NCBI GenBank assembly: GCA_038833255.1
Contig: JAWBIX010000025.1
Location: 1-6,226, forward strand
Direction: 5' to 3'
From: Nanopusillaceae archaeon
GTDB lineage: Archaea > Nanobdellota > Nanobdellia > Nanobdellales > Nanobdellaceae
DNA length: 6,226 nt
Below are positions 5,819-6,226 of the stretch, piece by piece (the stretch's first letter is position 1; every line of letters starts with the position of its first letter). Below the pieces are notes generated by a model. It made no database searches. It had not been told where the DNA came from and saw nothing but the letters and a program-made list of their open reading frames with translations. Position numbers and translations under genes: made by a program.

Positions 5819-6214
5819 ATGAAGAATCAGGGTTTACCATTTAGTACAATTGTACTTGCAGTAATTTCAGTTTTAATATTAGTATTAATAGTGTTTTTTG
5901 TAACTGGCAGTTTTCCAAGATTAATTGGACCAATACCGCGATATGCAGAAGAAACTCAAAAAATAAGAGCACAATGCAGTGCTTTATTAAATGATATTCA
6001 TCAAAGATTGCTATTAGCTAGATATCCTAGGGTTTATGATATAGAAAATGCCTTTATAAATTCTGAATATTGCTCAAGAACTTTTAGATTAGAAGATAAG
6101 AATGTTTATTGTTATAGTGCAGAAATCGGAGTACATGGAAGGTTTACAGTATATACAGATGCTGGAACACCAGTTACTTGTTTCTCAAATACCAACGGCT
6201 GTTTTTGCTCATAG
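5819..6214 (+). CDS. Small N-terminally membrane-anchored or secreted cysteine-rich protein, possibly with a class III (type IV prepilin-like) signal peptide
   Basis: 131-aa ORF. A short polar N-terminus (MKNQG) precedes a hydrophobic stretch of about 24 residues, LPFSTIVLAVISVLILVLIVFFVT (5834-5905). A Pro-rich linker follows, then a predicted helix and a C-terminal region with six Cys (C53, C85, C98, C121, C128, C130) ending in CFCS. TAG stop at 6212-6214, followed by a T-tract. Composition is atypical for the window. Confidence 0.7.
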   Translation: MKNQGLPFSTIVLAVISVLILVLIVFFVTGSFPRLIGPIPRYAEETQKIRAQCSALLNDIHQRLLLARYPRVYDIENAFINSEYCSRTFRLEDKNVYCYSAEIGVHGRFTVYTDAGTPVTCFSNTNGCFCS

Positions 6215-6215
6215 A

Positions 6216-6226
6216 TTTTTTATTTT
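6216..6226 (+). terminator. Oligo-T tract (TTTTTTATTTT) immediately after the stop of the Cys-rich gene; candidate archaeal intrinsic terminator
   Basis: A T6 run begins 2 nt after the TAG stop and is followed by A and T4 at the window edge. Archaeal RNA polymerase terminates at oligo-T tracts. Specificity is low in this AT-rich background. Confidence 0.3.

Noticed and set aside
1-6226. Possible alternative genetic code (TGA or TAG reassignment), as found in some very AT-rich small genomes
   Set aside because: mre11 ends in TGA. xpd and the Cys-rich gene end in TAG. rad50 and ORF148 end in TAA. Each stop falls at a position consistent with full-length homologous domains. Trp is encoded by TGG. 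No in-frame stops interrupt any conserved domain.

Overview
Very AT-rich window (about 20-23% GC from hand counts of sampled 60-nt lines) that is about 98% coding. It reads as a compact archaeal chromosomal DNA-repair neighbourhood. An XPD/Rad3-family Fe-S helicase lies on the + strand (62-1891). It converges on a translationally coupled mre11-rad50 pair on the - strand and overlaps it by 8 nt; mre11 and rad50 share an ATGA stop/start overlap at 4163-4166. An uncharacterised 148-aa gene sits 22 nt upstream of mre11 on the same strand. A 44-nt divergent promoter region follows, then a small + strand gene for an N-terminally anchored, six-cysteine protein. That last gene differs from the rest of the window in base composition (about 32% GC), codon choice and amino-acid composition. 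No Shine-Dalgarno motifs are visible. A/T boxes sit about 26 nt upstream of three of the four likely first-gene ATGs, which suggests leaderless transcripts. TAA, TAG and TGA all serve as stops, so the genetic code is standard. I see no tRNA or rRNA genes, CRISPR arrays, transposases or long repeats. I cannot point to a clear-cut novel multi-gene system. The best leads are: (1) mre11-rad50 without adjacent herA/nurA, flanked by an unknown 148-aa gene and an XPD helicase; (2) the compositionally foreign Cys-rich surface or secreted protein; (3) extreme compaction, with convergent and tandem gene overlaps, as seen in reduced-genome (DPANN/Nanoarchaeota-like) archaea. All functional calls rest on motif recognition by eye, with no database searches.
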